Source of the DNA: Vairimorpha necatrix
Lineage: Eukaryota
Reading direction: 5' to 3'
NCBI GenBank assembly: GCA_036630325.1
Contig: CP142726.1
Location: 992,001-1,056,000 of the forward strand
Length of the DNA: 64,000 nucleotides
Positions 21,590-34,326 of the stretch are shown piece by piece. A program made the translations under genes and the position numbers. A model generated the notes under the pieces. It did no database searches, had not been told where the DNA came from, and was given only the letters and a program-made list of their open reading frames with translations. Numbering within the stretch: the first letter of the stretch is position 1; the number at the start of each line of letters is the position of its first letter.

Positions 21590-21632
21590 TACAAAAATTA
21601 TTTACGGGGTGAAATATTTGCCAACTATTCAT

Positions 21633-23725
21633 TCATATATATTAAAGAATTTTATTTAATTTTTTGCCCCTCTTTTTTGTGACTTAGAAATTTCTAAACT
21701 ATTACTTTTGGTCTTATTAAGATATTATAATATAAAATAAGAACTTAATGAATGATTTTGACTATCGTAAGTGTGTATGTTATAAGTTGATACTTTTTTG
21801 TTTTAATTATAATTTTTGTAAAACTCAGTTCCAAAATATCGTCAGAATCGTTTTTTAGAATTTATTTAACCCTTCTAGAAAAAATTCACAAAAACAATAA
21901 CCAAAAAAAAATTGAATATAAGTGTCAAAAAATGAGCTTAAAATTCCATAAAATTATTTCAATGAGATTCATAAGTGTTTTTAACTCAACTTTACTCCTT
22001 CTATGTCACTAAAAAGTATTTTTGAAAAAGATGATTTCATCCTATCAAATTCAATCAATCATCCCAAAATGGAAACTCACCAAAATTCACCGAGGCGGGA
22101 CATATAATAAAACAAAACATTTAGATCCCGTTTTCAAAACGGGAAAGCATACGCTAGTCATATATATAAAAGAATTTTATTTAATTTTTTACCCCTATTT
22201 TTTGTGGTTTTGAAAAATCTACACTACAAATTTTAGACTTATTGTGTATTAAAAATATCAAATTTACATCTAATGTTTCGATGTGATTATTGTAAGTGTG
22301 TATATTATGTGTTAATGCATTTTTATTCTAATTATTATTTTTGTTAAACTCAGTTCCAAAATATTGTCAGAATCGTTTTTTAGAATTTATTTAACCCTTC
22401 TAGAAAAACTTTAAAAACAATTGACAAAAGAAGAAATTGAATGTAAGTATCAAAAACTGAGCTTAAGAACTTCACAAAATTATCTCATTGAAATTATTAA
22501 ATGTTTTAAAACAACATTATTCCTTATATGTTACTAAAAAGTATTTTTGAAGATGATGTCCAAACTCTGTCAAATTCAATCATCCAAAATGGAAACTCAA
22601 CAAAATTAAAAGAGGGAATACATATTAAAAAACTAAACATTTAGATCCCGTTTTCAAAACGGGAACGCATACGCTAGTCATATATATAAAAGAATTTTAT
22701 TTAATTTTTTACCCCTCTTTTTTGTGGTTTTGAAATTTTTAAACGATACAATTTGAGCCTTTTACGTTAATATAATATCAAATTTAATTTTAACGTTTTA
22801 ATTTGATAATTGTGAGTACGTATATTATATATTAATGCATTTTAATTCATATTATTATTTTTGTAAAACTCAGTTCCAAAATATCGTCAGAATCGTTTTT
22901 TAGAATTTATTTAACCCTTCTAGAAAAAATTCACAAAAACATTAACCAAAAAATAAGTAAAATATAAGTGTCAAAATTTGAGCTTAGAAGTTCCCAAAAT
23001 TATCTCATTATAATTATTAAATGTTTTATGATCAAGTTTACTCCTTATATGTTACTAAAAAGTATTTTCCAAAATCATGTTTTCTCCTTTTCAAATTCAT
23101 TCATCAAAAAATGGAAATTCACAAAAAGATAAAGGAGGTACATATTGTAAAACAAACATTTAGATCCCGTTTTTAAAACGGGAAAGCATACGCTAGTCAT
23201 CATCATCATATATATAAAAGAATTTTATTTAATTTTTTACCCCTCTTTTTTTATGGTTTTGTAAACTTTAAACTTCTTATTACAGCTGATTATGTTATTG
23301 TAATATCAAATTTAAACTCAGTGCTTAAATTTGATAATTGTAAGTGCGTATACTATATATTACAGCATTTTTATTAGATTTATTATTTTTAGAAAACTCG
23401 GTTCCAAAATATCGTCAGAATCGTTTTTTAGAATTTATTTAACCCTTCTAGAAAAATTCACAAAAATATTAACCAAAGAAAAAGTTGAATATAAGTGTCA
23501 AAAATTGAGCTTAGAGGTATTCAAAATTATCTAATTATGATTTTAAAGTGTTTTACAACAACATTACTCCTTATATGTCATTAAAAAGTATTTTTAAAAA
23601 TCATGTCTAAACTCTGTCAAATTTAATCAGCCAAAAATGGAAACTTAACAAAATTTACTGAGACGGGACTAATTATAAAACTAAACAATAAGATCCCGTT
23701 TTCAAAACGGGAAAGCATACGCTAG
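21633..23725 (+). mobile_element. Tandem array of four ~520-bp non-autonomous Helitron-like units
   Basis: Units at 21633-22157, 22158-22677, 22678-23196 and 23197-23725. Each starts TCAT and ends with hairpin CCCGTTTT(C/T)AAAACGGG followed by AA(A/C)GCATACG-CTAG. A fifth decayed unit follows to about 24000. Confidence 0.85.
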
Positions 23726-24161
23726 TATATATATATTAAAGAATTTGTTTGATTTTTGAGCTGACCCCTATTCGTATTTTAAAATCTTCAAACTATAAAT
23801 TTTTCCATAATTTTTTTCAATTAAAATTAAATATAGATATAATGTAACACTTAACTGTTATGAGTGCGTATAATATATGTTAAAGCATGTTTATTTTGCA
23901 TTTTTTTTTTGTAAAATTAAGTACCGAAATATCGCCAGAATTGTCATTAGATTTTTTACCAACCCTAAAAATTACAACAATGTAATCAAATCAGAAAGAA
24001 ATGCTCAAGATAAATGACAAGATTCTACCAAAGAATTTCTGAAATGATTAATAAATTAGTAAAAGCGCTGGTTATTGAAAGCTTTTTATATATAGAAGAA
24101 ATTATTTATTTTGCATATTTTATCTATTTAAGATTACTTTGAGTGTCTTAGTTTTTGGTCA

Positions 24162-24936
24162 GGTGCCCTTAGCACAGTGGCAGAATGCTATGCTTCCATT
24201 GAGCAATGGCTGGGTTCGATTCCCAGGGGCACCAAAATTGTTCCTACTTTCTATGATGCAGATGATGAAAATGTCAACGAGAAATTATAAGTTGATTCAA
24301 TGAAACTTGTGTGTGTCCAGCCACAAGAGGATTAGCATCTTGTGTAGAAACGCACCTCAAAACCAAAAAACAGTATCTCCCCTTGGTACCTTGATTATGC
24401 ATAAAAGTATCTAATGGGTACGGCCTAGTTGGAGCCCATGGCTGGTGCACTCTAGAGTTGGATCCTGGAGCTAACTAAGAGACTAGACGAGGTTCGGCAA
24501 TGGAAGTTCTCGTGGACCCTATCCTATAAGATCTGAAACACGGTGGCCGAAACTAGTGGGGAACTGGTGGTCAACGCAGCCAAATAAATCCGCCGGGCTG
24601 GTGATGGGGTCGTGTAAGGTGCCGTGTGTGCAATACAGATGATTGTAGGGACCTTTGAATCAGTACGATGATGTCTCTCCTCGGGTCATAGATAACCATG
24701 CCCGTTAAGTATATCTGCTGTGAGGTCACTCTGGACGCGATTTGAGGTATAAATAGAAGGTTTTCTCTGGAAGCCAAAGTCCAATGGATACGGCGGAGCT
24801 TGCTGCACCGGTATGTTGTATGGAGGGAGTTTTAGTGAGTAAGAATCTCACAGTACCAGTTAGATGAGGATCCCACCCAAATCCTTCTGGTCCCTATGTA
24901 AGGTTTCTCGCTGCCTCTTAAATGCAAGGAAAAAAA
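24162..24936 (+). mobile_element. tRNA-derived SINE-like element
   Basis: tRNA-like head at 24162-24234 with box A TAGCACAGTGG (24170-24180), box B GGTTCGATTCC (24213-24223) and a non-canonical anticodon arm. Visibly GC-rich noncoding body; ends in an A run at 24930-24936. Confidence 0.7.
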
Positions 24937-24944
24937 CAAATTGT

Positions 24945-25753
24945 GGCACTACTTACTGCCCTTTTCAATAAGATATAGATTTTTTGAGAGAACGCCAATG
25001 CCCCTTTATGGTATTGGTATGAACTCAAACACTAGGATTTTGAAATTGTAAAAAGTGGTTAATTATGTGGCGAATTTGAATATGGTACACATTAATGCTA
25101 AGTTTTTTCACATTTTAGTATATAATAAACTTTTCGACTTACAAATTCTGTATGAAGTACCATAAGCGCTTCATTAATCTTTTTTAATATCAAAAAGTAT
25201 AGTTTTATGTTACATAGAACGTTCTATCATGCCAAAACACCAACTCCGCACTAATTTACCTTTATTAAATTTATTTTTTCCAATTTCAGTTTCATAGTTT
25301 TCTACTTCAAAATCTTTCCCGCCTATCTCGTTTATAGAAAATAATTAGTTATCAAAAATGTTAATGTCTTTTGGTTATATAAAAAAAATAAATCGAATTC
25401 TTAAAACAACCTAAAATTTGGCAAATATAATTACGAGGATAGCCACGAATTTATAAATTAAATAACCGAAAAATTATGATATGATTGGGTCTAGGACTAT
25501 CAAAGAAAGTATCTTTACATATTGATATTGTTTTATTACAATTTTCAGTACAAATCAAAAGACAACTCTATTCTTTCGTTAATCTCATTTTACCCCTGCT
25601 CACTTTACACATTTGATTTTGCCTTTAGTTGTTAAAACATCATAAACTGTTTTGTTTCAATTTATTCTCTGGCATTATACTTTCCTCAATTTTTAGAAAA
25701 ATGAGGCAATAAAGTCCTATTGTAGAAATTGCGACCTAAAGCTAACTTTGGCC
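24945..25753 (-). mobile_element. Degenerate Merlin-family transposon
   Basis: Minus-strand VHTNTIKGHWRSL and FGMIERS remnants. Right TIR GAAATTGCGACCTAAAGCTAACTTTGGCC is near-identical to that of 26171-27188. Left end approximate. Confidence 0.75.
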
Positions 25754-25829
25754 ACAAATAAAAACTTAGAAAAATAAAAGAATTTCCACCAAAAATTTAG
25801 TGAAAATAAAAAATTTTATTATCCCTATT

Positions 25830-28800
25830 ATGGAAATCATAAAAGTAATTTTTTTGTTTGTATTGGTCAAAACTAGGCATTCGTTATACGAAAACGTAAA
25901 TAACGATGCTATGGAAAAGCTAAAAACAGGGGATTTTATGTCTATTGATGTTTCAACCCCAGAAAAATATCTCGCTATATCTGCAAATTTTTATGAAGGA
26001 GCAGTAACATTTGGAATGTCAAATGGTACAGTTGAAAACAATATAGATTATGATTTGGGAAGATTTAAAGTTTTCACGAGAAATAAATCAGTAGTTGACA
26101 TTATAATTGAAATGGAGACGGAGATAGAATTGCTTTTTGATGTCTCGAATTACTATTCAATTGTGCTTTTGGCCAAAGTTAGCTTTAGGACGCAAATTTC
26201 AATATAGGGGTTTTTTGTTTTTTTGCCCCTTTTTTTAAAAAATGGAAGAAAGAAAATGTGGAGGAAGGAACAAAAATTAAAATTAGAACAATAAATTTAA
26301 TAATGCATCGAAAACAGAATCAGAGGAATTTCTCTGGAGCATATCTCTAAGTAAATAAAGTTTGGCGCTGTTTTTTGACCTATTTCTGTTAGGTATGGAA
26401 TTTTTGAGTGAACGCCAATTACCTTCAATGGTATTGGTGTGTACTCCAGTATTTGGATCTCGAAAGTTTAATGAGTGGTTTACCATATAATGTTTTTTAA
26501 ATAAGGTACCCAATGAATGATAAGCCCTCCACATATCACTATGTATAGTGCTTTTTGTATTAACAAATTTCAATAAGAGATCTGTAAGAGTTTCTTTATC
26601 TCTTTTCTTAATATATAGAACCACAAACTTACGTTCGATAGTACGTTCTAACAAGCCGAAACACCAAACCCCCTTCGCTAATTTTCCTCTGTTATATTTA
26701 TTTTTTCCGATTTTAGTTTCATCTACTTCAACAATGATATCTTCTCCTCCTATCTAGTTTAAAGATGATAAATATTTATCATAGAGGTTTAATTTCTTAA
26801 TTTTTTAAGTAAAAAGATATCGAAGGTTTTGAACAACAGAGAATTTGGCAAATAAATTTATAAGAATAGCCAAAAATCCACAAATTTGTACCTGCAAAAT
26901 TGTGATATGATCGAGTTTGGTGTTTTCAAAGAAAGTATTCGTCCATATCGATGTTTGCTTTGTACGATCTTTCCAGGTACAATTAAAACACAACTTTGCT
27001 TTCTCGTTAATCTCATTCTATTATCACACACACTGCAAATCTGATTTTGTCTTTTAGTAATTAAATTTTCATACACTATTTCTAATTCTGCTCTTGTCAT
27101 TATTCTTTCTTCCATTTTTTAAAAAAAGGGGCAAAAAAAAACAAAAAACCCCTATATCGAAATTTGCGTCCTAAAGCTAACTTTAGCCGTGCTTTTTATG
27201 ATACAAAACATCGAGAAGCATACCATATTATGAAAGAGTTTGTGTTCGAACTCATAAAAATTAATAATGAAAGAAAAATAAAGACATGTCTTTTTGTAAT
27301 TAACTATGAAAAAATATGTGAAGCTAGCAAAGCATTTCAAAAACACATAAGAGAAATTTTTAATTTTACTGGAAAAAATAACAAAGGATTGTCTCGGGTT
27401 AAGATTTGTCCTTATTTTTATTGGCAAAACTATAGAAATAATGTCGTAGTATATATTTACATTAATAATATTTGCCATGTCATGGAATTTTGTGCCAACG
27501 AATATTATCATATTGTTTTGGCAGAATTTGGCTTTAAAAACTAAATAAAGATCGAACATATGAATTACTTCAAATAAAATATATATATTATTACAACAGT
27601 ATTGGTTTTTACACCATAAGTTATTGTGTCGATAAATTAAATTGTTCCACTAAAAAAATTGAAATGAACAAAAACAACCAATGTTTAAAAATACAGATAG
27701 AAACAGAACATATAATTATTAAAATCAACGACACGGAACATTATTACAATATTCAAGGTGACATAGACCCCGATGAAAACAAATTTACATAAGCATGAAC
27801 TGTTATAAAGAATTTCGAACTTTTTTAAATGTACTAAGCGGCACCCAGTTTCTAGACGCCATATATTTTTTTTATAAATTAGTAGTTAATGATGATACAA
27901 TACATTCTATCATTCAAAGCATTATAAACAAACCAATATCGTAATAAAAACAATATTTTGTCATTTATTGTTATATAAAAAAGTAATAGATATAGATAAA
28001 TTTAGCACTATAATTTACAATTCAGAATATAGTGAAACGAAAATTGCAGAACTAACAAAAAAATTTTTATCAAATATAAGAATGTCTCTCTTTGATGATT
28101 TTTCATATTTACTAACCTTATGCTTACTCTTAGAAACAGAAACCTATATTAACGAAAATGAATTTGAAGAAAATACACTATTTGGTCTATTGAAAGAAAT
28201 CGGAATCGTCAATGTTGAATTCAAAAATGTGTTTAAATGTCGTGTTTTAAGTTCACATATAAATTTACTTGAGGTTTTTTATGAGATTGCGAATATACAT
28301 AATACTAATTATACATTTAATAACGAGGCGATTGTATATCATATTTGTAAAATAAGCGCATTATTTACAGGCCTGAGCTCTATAAATATCTATTATGATG
28401 TAATAAATGACAACATTAATATAAAACAAGACGAAATAATTGCTGAATACAATCTCGACAAAAAAGATATAACGAAAAACAATGAGATTATAACAAAAAA
28501 ATTAATCGAAAATTCAATCTAAAAGAAAAATTTAAATGTTTTGAAAGACATATTCTCATTTATTTCAATTAAAGAAAAGTTCACCTATATTTATATAGAA
28601 ATTATAGATAAATATTTAGAAAATAATTATGACAAAAAAGAAAAAAAGATAATTAAAAACAAAGTCAAATTTGAAATTGAAAAAAATTTTAATGAACGTG
28701 AAGCAGAATTACTTTCCATGAATATAACTAAAAGTAATATAGCGAACGTAGGAAAATATTCAATACTAAATTTACCCTTAGACTAAAAATGTACACTGAA

Positions 28801-29020
28801 GAATATCTAAAGGAAAATTTTAAAGATGTTTTTACCTAGCTATAATAAAATATTTTCAAAGTGAATTTAGTGATGATGAAAAAAAAAAAATTAAATGTCA
28901 AAGAGTTTTTAAAAAATTAATAGAAATATTGAATGAAAAAGAAAGGGTTGATATCGTAAATAATAACGAGGAATTATTCTATGCAGTAATAGATGAACTA
29001 AAAAACATTAAAAGTTCTGT
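25830..29020 (+). pseudogene. Pseudogenised paralogue of the 35022..37202 secreted protein, interrupted by a Merlin element
   Basis: ORF pieces 25830-26170, 27197-27544, 27968-28522 and 28541-28786 align collinearly with the 726-aa protein. Several additional frameshifts and stops. Confidence 0.93.
26171..27188 (-). mobile_element. Merlin (IS1595/ISXO2-like) DNA transposon, frameshifted transposase
   Basis: TIRs of about 85 bp (GGCCAAAGTTAGCTTTAGGACGCAAATTTC...). 8-bp TSD GTGCTTTT at 26163-26170 and 27189-27196. VEVDETKIG, HSDMWRAY and HTNTIEGNW motifs; N-terminal Cys pairs. Confidence 0.95.
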
Positions 29021-30071
29021 CAAAATGTTTTGTATTATTTTCCATCCCTTCTTATGATAATGTTTTTAAATAGAAGTAGTAGCTAATCAAATACGTCCAA
29101 TTGTCGAAAGATGATTAGAAGTTATAATGGGCTACTACATGTTCTATTTTTGGATATTTATTATTAAATCAGAACATAAATTTAAGAATTGTCAATGAAC
29201 AGATCTCTAGTGGTCCTAAGATTGCCCCCGGAGACTGAAGAATACTATTCTAAAAGTATACTTCTCCTTTTCTTATATTGTTTTGGCGGGGAAATGTACA
29301 ATATTTTCCCCCCGTCAAACATAAAAGAAACGTATGCCCAGAAGGGTGTGAAGGATAATAATAAGTATAGCTTAAAAGATTCTTCTCGATCTGATAGGAA
29401 AACCTACAGACCATAAGCAAGATTCAACCCCCATTTGAAAACTTTGAATTGGTTGTAAATAGATTAGCCGATGGATTGTTTAGTGTATATAAGTTTGCTT
29501 CTGCAATATTCCTTATATGTTTTTGTTTAAAATTTTAGATTATTAATTTTACAAACCTTTAATTACAGTGTATTTTTAAATTTGGTAATGCATCTTTACC
29601 CATAAATTAAGTGTGGTACTGAATTTTATGTTGACAACAATTTAAAATTAAAAATACTAATTTTGTTAAAAATAATATCATACTTACTAATTAATATTCA
29701 CAAGATACGCTTACAGTCTCTTCTAACAGTTCCCGGAGGTCCTTCTGAAATTCACGCATGAGACTCTCAAATGCACCTTCTTCATCAGTATCAAACCCTT
29801 TTCTGACTGACATAGTTAGGCTTTCTAATGTCATTTCAAGGACTCTTGTTTGTATATATGATTCAGTTCTGGATTCTAATCGGAGCTCTTTGGTAAGCGC
29901 GCGATGAGAGTTAGTTACTATTACATCCTACATCACAAAGAAATAATTTTCGGCTTGATTTATCAAGAGAAGCCATATGATTTGCAAGCAAGTCGTATTT
30001 ATATTTCTTTTCTGTAATCTCATACCCAATTATTTTATGTTTATTCCGTGAATTTTACAGCATAAATAAAG

Positions 30072-30701
30072 GGCACATGACCGTTTGGAATTCGCATTGG
30101 GAAAATAAACCCGTTTGAAAAATAAAAAAAAGGGAAAATAAAAAAAATTATAAAAAAAAAAGACTTGATGATTTATTTTAAAAAAATGACAGAAGACCAT
30201 TTATCCGGTGATTTTGGGAATTTGGAAAGTTCAGTGTAATTGTAAAAGACACTCATAGTGTTCGTCTTTGTTTATGTTAAGATCGAATATCTCTTATAGA
30301 AATGAGCCAAAACCAACTAAATTATATGGTATTACGACTCAGAATCGCTAGAGGTTACAGCATGTATGGAGTGATTCTTAGTACTGTGCTCCATCCCTTT
30401 GCTTAGATAATGTGGCATCATATGCTGCCCATTGATTAGAGATCATAAAAAAAACAGGTTATACATTTTCTTGTATTGCCTCAAGGAAAAAGCAGTATTT
30501 CTACTAGTTACAAAACAGAGCAAGGCGCACGCCGATTTAGCATCAAATGTCCAAAATAAACTTTTCTTTATATTCCATGTATAAATACATTTCATCACTA
30601 AAAACCTCATCTGCCTCAACAAACATTGTTTTTGCCAATTTTGCCATTTTTCTAAAGGGGTCCTTTAAAATTTCAAAGCGGGTTCTAAACGGTCATGTAC
30701 C
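30072..30701 (-). mobile_element. Non-autonomous Merlin derivative (630 bp)
   Basis: TIRs GGCACATGACCGTTTGGAA / TTCTAAACGGTCATGTACC. 8-bp TSD AAATAAAG at 30064-30071 and 30702-30709. Interior homologous to 5527-6114. Confidence 0.85.
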
Positions 30702-30913
30702 AAATAAAGTACATGAAACAATAAGTCTATGATATATGCGAATAATATATAAACCAAGGCATCTTTTAATAAGTTATATTTCTTGTAATCCATGGTTTTA
30801 TAATATTGCTAGAACTTTTTTAGATATTATTAACCATCTCTAAAAAAATTACAATAATGTAATTAAAACCCCCCCCCCCCCAATAAAATGCATAAAATAC
30901 AATGACAAAATTC

Positions 30914-31981
30914 GGCTAATATCAGCATCTGTGTAAAAAAACTGGGGGGTCAAAATTTTTAAAAAATTGCCCCTTTTTTTAAAAAACGAATGGAATGATG
31001 AGCAATGAGGAAATTGAAGATTTTTATATATCTTTAACAAAAAAGAAACATAATCAGAAATGTATTAAATGTGGTTGGGATACAGCTATTGTATCAAATG
31101 AAACTGCTTACTTGAGGTGTAAGTCTTCAAATTGCAAACACAGATTTTCAATTTGGAAAAATTCTTTTTTTGAAAACACTAGACTAGAACATTTACTGAT
31201 GTTAAAAATAGTAAATTTGTGGATATTAGGAATTAAAGCAATTCTTATATCAAAGATTTTGGGATGTAATGTATAAAATGTGAGTTACACCCTAGATAAA
31301 TTATATAAATTAAAAATTTATGATAAGTATTTGAACAAGCTGAAGCAAATAGGAGGCGAAAATACTATAGTCTAGATCGATGAAAGTAAAATTGGCAAAA
31401 ATAAGCATCATAGGTAAAGATTAGTTAAGGGGTTTTGGTGTTTCGGTATGGTGGAACGAACCGAAGCAAAGAAGATTGTATTCGTAATTATAAAGAAAAG
31501 AGACAGGGATACATTATTTCCAATCATGTTTGAGCATGTAAATTTTGAATCCGTAATTCATTCGGATATGTGGAGGGCGTATGCAACGTTAAAAAATCAT
31601 TATGCAGACCATAGGACTGTGAATCCCAGTCAAACTTTTAGAGACAGAGAGACAGGTGTGCATACAAACACCATAGAAGGGAATTGGAGGTCTTTAAAAG
31701 TCTCTATACCTAATAGGTGTAGGACTTATGAACTTGCTGAAATATATTTAGTTCTATATATGTTAAAAGACCTGAGAGCAAATACATCTTCAAAGCATTA
31801 TTAAAATTATGTTTTTGATATATTTTATTTATTTTAAAGTTAATTTTTATGCATTTTTATATCTTAATTACTTTTTTTGTTTTTTCTGAAGTTTTCTCTT
31901 CCCTTCGTTTTTTAAAAAAAGGGGCAATTTTTTAAAAATTTTGACCCCCCCAGTTTTTTTACACAGATGCTGATTTTAGCC
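30914..31981 (+). mobile_element. Merlin DNA transposon, transposase with premature stops
   Basis: TIRs of about 75 bp (GGCTAATATCAGCATCTGTGTAAAAAAACTGGGGGGTC...). ORF pieces 30995-31276 and 31448-31804 carry HSDMWRAY and HTNTIEGNW, with IDESKIG between them. Flanks share only AAATTC (imperfect TSD). Confidence 0.92.
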
Positions 31982-32799
31982 AAATTCTAACATAGAATGG
32001 ACCATACTGTTTTTATTACCAAAAAGAGAGCTGGAATGAATGGGGTTTAATTTTTCATAGAACTATATTGTTTCGACATATTCTATTTATTTAAGATTTT
32101 ATAAATAGTTGTGGTTTTAAATTTGAAATCATCATTTTTAGATCATTTCAGACGTTTAAACTTTTCAAAAAAGTCTCATTATTGGCATGTGCAGCACAAC
32201 CAGCAACACTCCACTTCTTAGAACAAGGCTTAATTTCAGAGAAGGATTATTTCTTTAATAAACGCAGTACAATTCATTCACGGAACTTAAAGCCATATAG
32301 GCTCTCTAAATGTGCTCTTGGTCGTGACAAATGATCCTTTGTATTTCTAATCAGAAGGTCTCTTCGAGTTCCTACATTTAGTGAGGACAAGTATGTCCAC
32401 TTTAGCATAATCAGCAAGAAGAACCCGCAAATTTACTTCTTCGTATTTTATAAAATCTTCACTGGCCAATTTCTATGCTTTGTATTAAAAATTTTATTTC
32501 CAGATGGTTGTCGGTACGACATTAAGAACATTTTACGTGTCTTATTCAATATATTACAATATTATTTTATGTTTTATTTTTTTATTCGTCCTATAGAGCA
32601 AAATATCGAAAGTAATTTGCTGATTAGTATAGATCTCATACCTGCATCTCATAAGATATAATTCACGTAGGCGAATCTGGGCGATCATATCCCACTCACT
32701 TGCCACACTTTTGCAATTAATATAGAGGTTTGTAACTTCACTTGTGCTCGCAAAACTATTTCCTCATAAATGTTTGATAGTATCGCATTTCCGGGGCTA

Positions 32800-34326
32800 C
32801 CTGATAGTACTATTCCGCTGCATTTAAGTATGTAAAACAATCCAATTAACTGAGTTTGACATACTTCTTAAACCTAAATCCCATTAACTCTGCAAGTTTA
32901 CTGCACGGGCCCAACCCATTTTCTTTTTTAGTTAAGATCGCACTAAGTGCGTTTTTTATGCTTGTATACTCGTCGCACATCGCGCTTTTATTTACTTGTG
33001 CAATGTTTGGATTGTTTCCATCATGTTCGAGTAGGTTTTTTTTAAACCTAAAGGTTTGCTCGTAAATCGGTATCCGCCTCCATTTTGCTTTATTATACAT
33101 GATAAAATCTGATCTGTTTCTGTATTTGAACTTAAATTGATGATCTTATTCTCAATTCTCATCGTGAGATCACCATGGTCTAGATTTATGCCATGCTTAG
33201 ACATAAAGCCTCGTCCCAAAATAACATCTTATTAAGGTTAGTATCCACATACAACTTATTTTAATAGTAGCCCTCTTGGATCTTAATTTTTGTCTCTGGC
33301 TTGTATTAACCACTGCTTTATAAGTTGCTGTTCACATTGTAATTTTCTCAATAAGTTTAAGCTTTTTTCTTCTAACTACTTTTTTCTGATGAATATGTTT
33401 GACTCCCCGAATCGAAATTATTCTTACTACATCTCCATTATGGATTTTTTGGCTGTAGTGAAGTTCATACATTTGATACAGGATCTGCTCCCATAGTAAA
33501 ACCTTTTTCGTGTTTTCGCAGTTTTTTATCAAATGCATCTTCTCTTTTATAACATACTAACTTCATTCTTGTAATATCTTTTGTCCTTGTAGTATCTGGA
33601 CTTGAAATTTACACTTCCTCTGACCTGGTCTTTTTTGGTCTATACATTAAACTCTCAATAAACTTATGATATCTCTGTAAATCTTCGGTACAGCGTCACT
33701 TGCCTTCGCCCTTTCCTTAAGTGATGGTAAATGAATAGTCAATTCCTCTGTGATTTCAGAAATACTAACCCTTGCTTTCTTGTTAAGCTTTATTATGTCG
33801 TATATAAAGCTTTCAATCATGGGATTTTGAGGTTTAGAATATAGTCTCTTGTAAAGCATTAAGTTTGATCAATATTTTTTTGATATTCTATTTTCTTATA
33901 CTCTTTGAGAATCTTTGCTTTTAGCTTATGTATGCAACTACGCATCTTTAATAATTGCCCATACCCTCCGAGTGCTAAATCCTCTTGGTATCTCTTCGTA
34001 TAATCAAATAATTTGGCATCTCTCCATTCGCTCCGAGGTACTTAAATTAATTTCTTCAAACCTATGCATTCTCGTTTTATTTCTCTCTATATTTCACCAT
34101 GTTGTTAGTAGATAGTTCTAAATTTTTTAGTAGATGTTCCAACTCGTTAGATTTCGAAAGTTGTCTCCATTGTTACCAAAAGATGAGCTAAAATGTATGG
34201 ACTTCTTAAATAAAAAATTACTATATACTTGGCATATAGATTTATTAAACAGTTTTAGTATCATATCTGAAACTTTTATCGTTTTTTATATCTTTCAGAT
34301 TCAGTCTATCATTGGAGTGCGTAACA
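32800..34326 (-). mobile_element. Heavily decayed Ty3/gypsy element (5' part)
   Basis: Candidate LTR 34100-34326 (TGTTAC...AACAACA) followed by PBS-like TGGTGAAAT. Broken gag-like ORFs; protease end ILGRGFMSKHGINLD near 33200. No 3' LTR seen; left boundary approximate. Confidence 0.55.

Noticed and set aside
21590..21606. Short spliceosomal intron before the SF3B1 ATG (GTAAAT...)
   Set aside because: No AG acceptor and no upstream ATG.
21633..23725. CRISPR-like array (palindromic repeats at regular spacing)
   Set aside because: The ~520-bp units are homologous along their whole length, the context is eukaryotic and there are no cas genes. The termini fit Helitrons.
24162..24234. Functional tRNA gene (Met-CAT or Gly-TCC)
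   Set aside because: The anticodon loop lacks U33 and purine 37, the stem is mismatched and there is no T-run terminator. Better read as a SINE head.
24420..24700. Hammerhead or HDV-like ribozyme in the SINE body
   Set aside because: GAAAC and TCCTCG words are present, but I could not build the CTGANGA core or the nested pseudoknot.
30869..30881. Poly-C run (and the (TA)n tract near 3285-3304)
   Set aside because: Simple repeats with no evidence of function.
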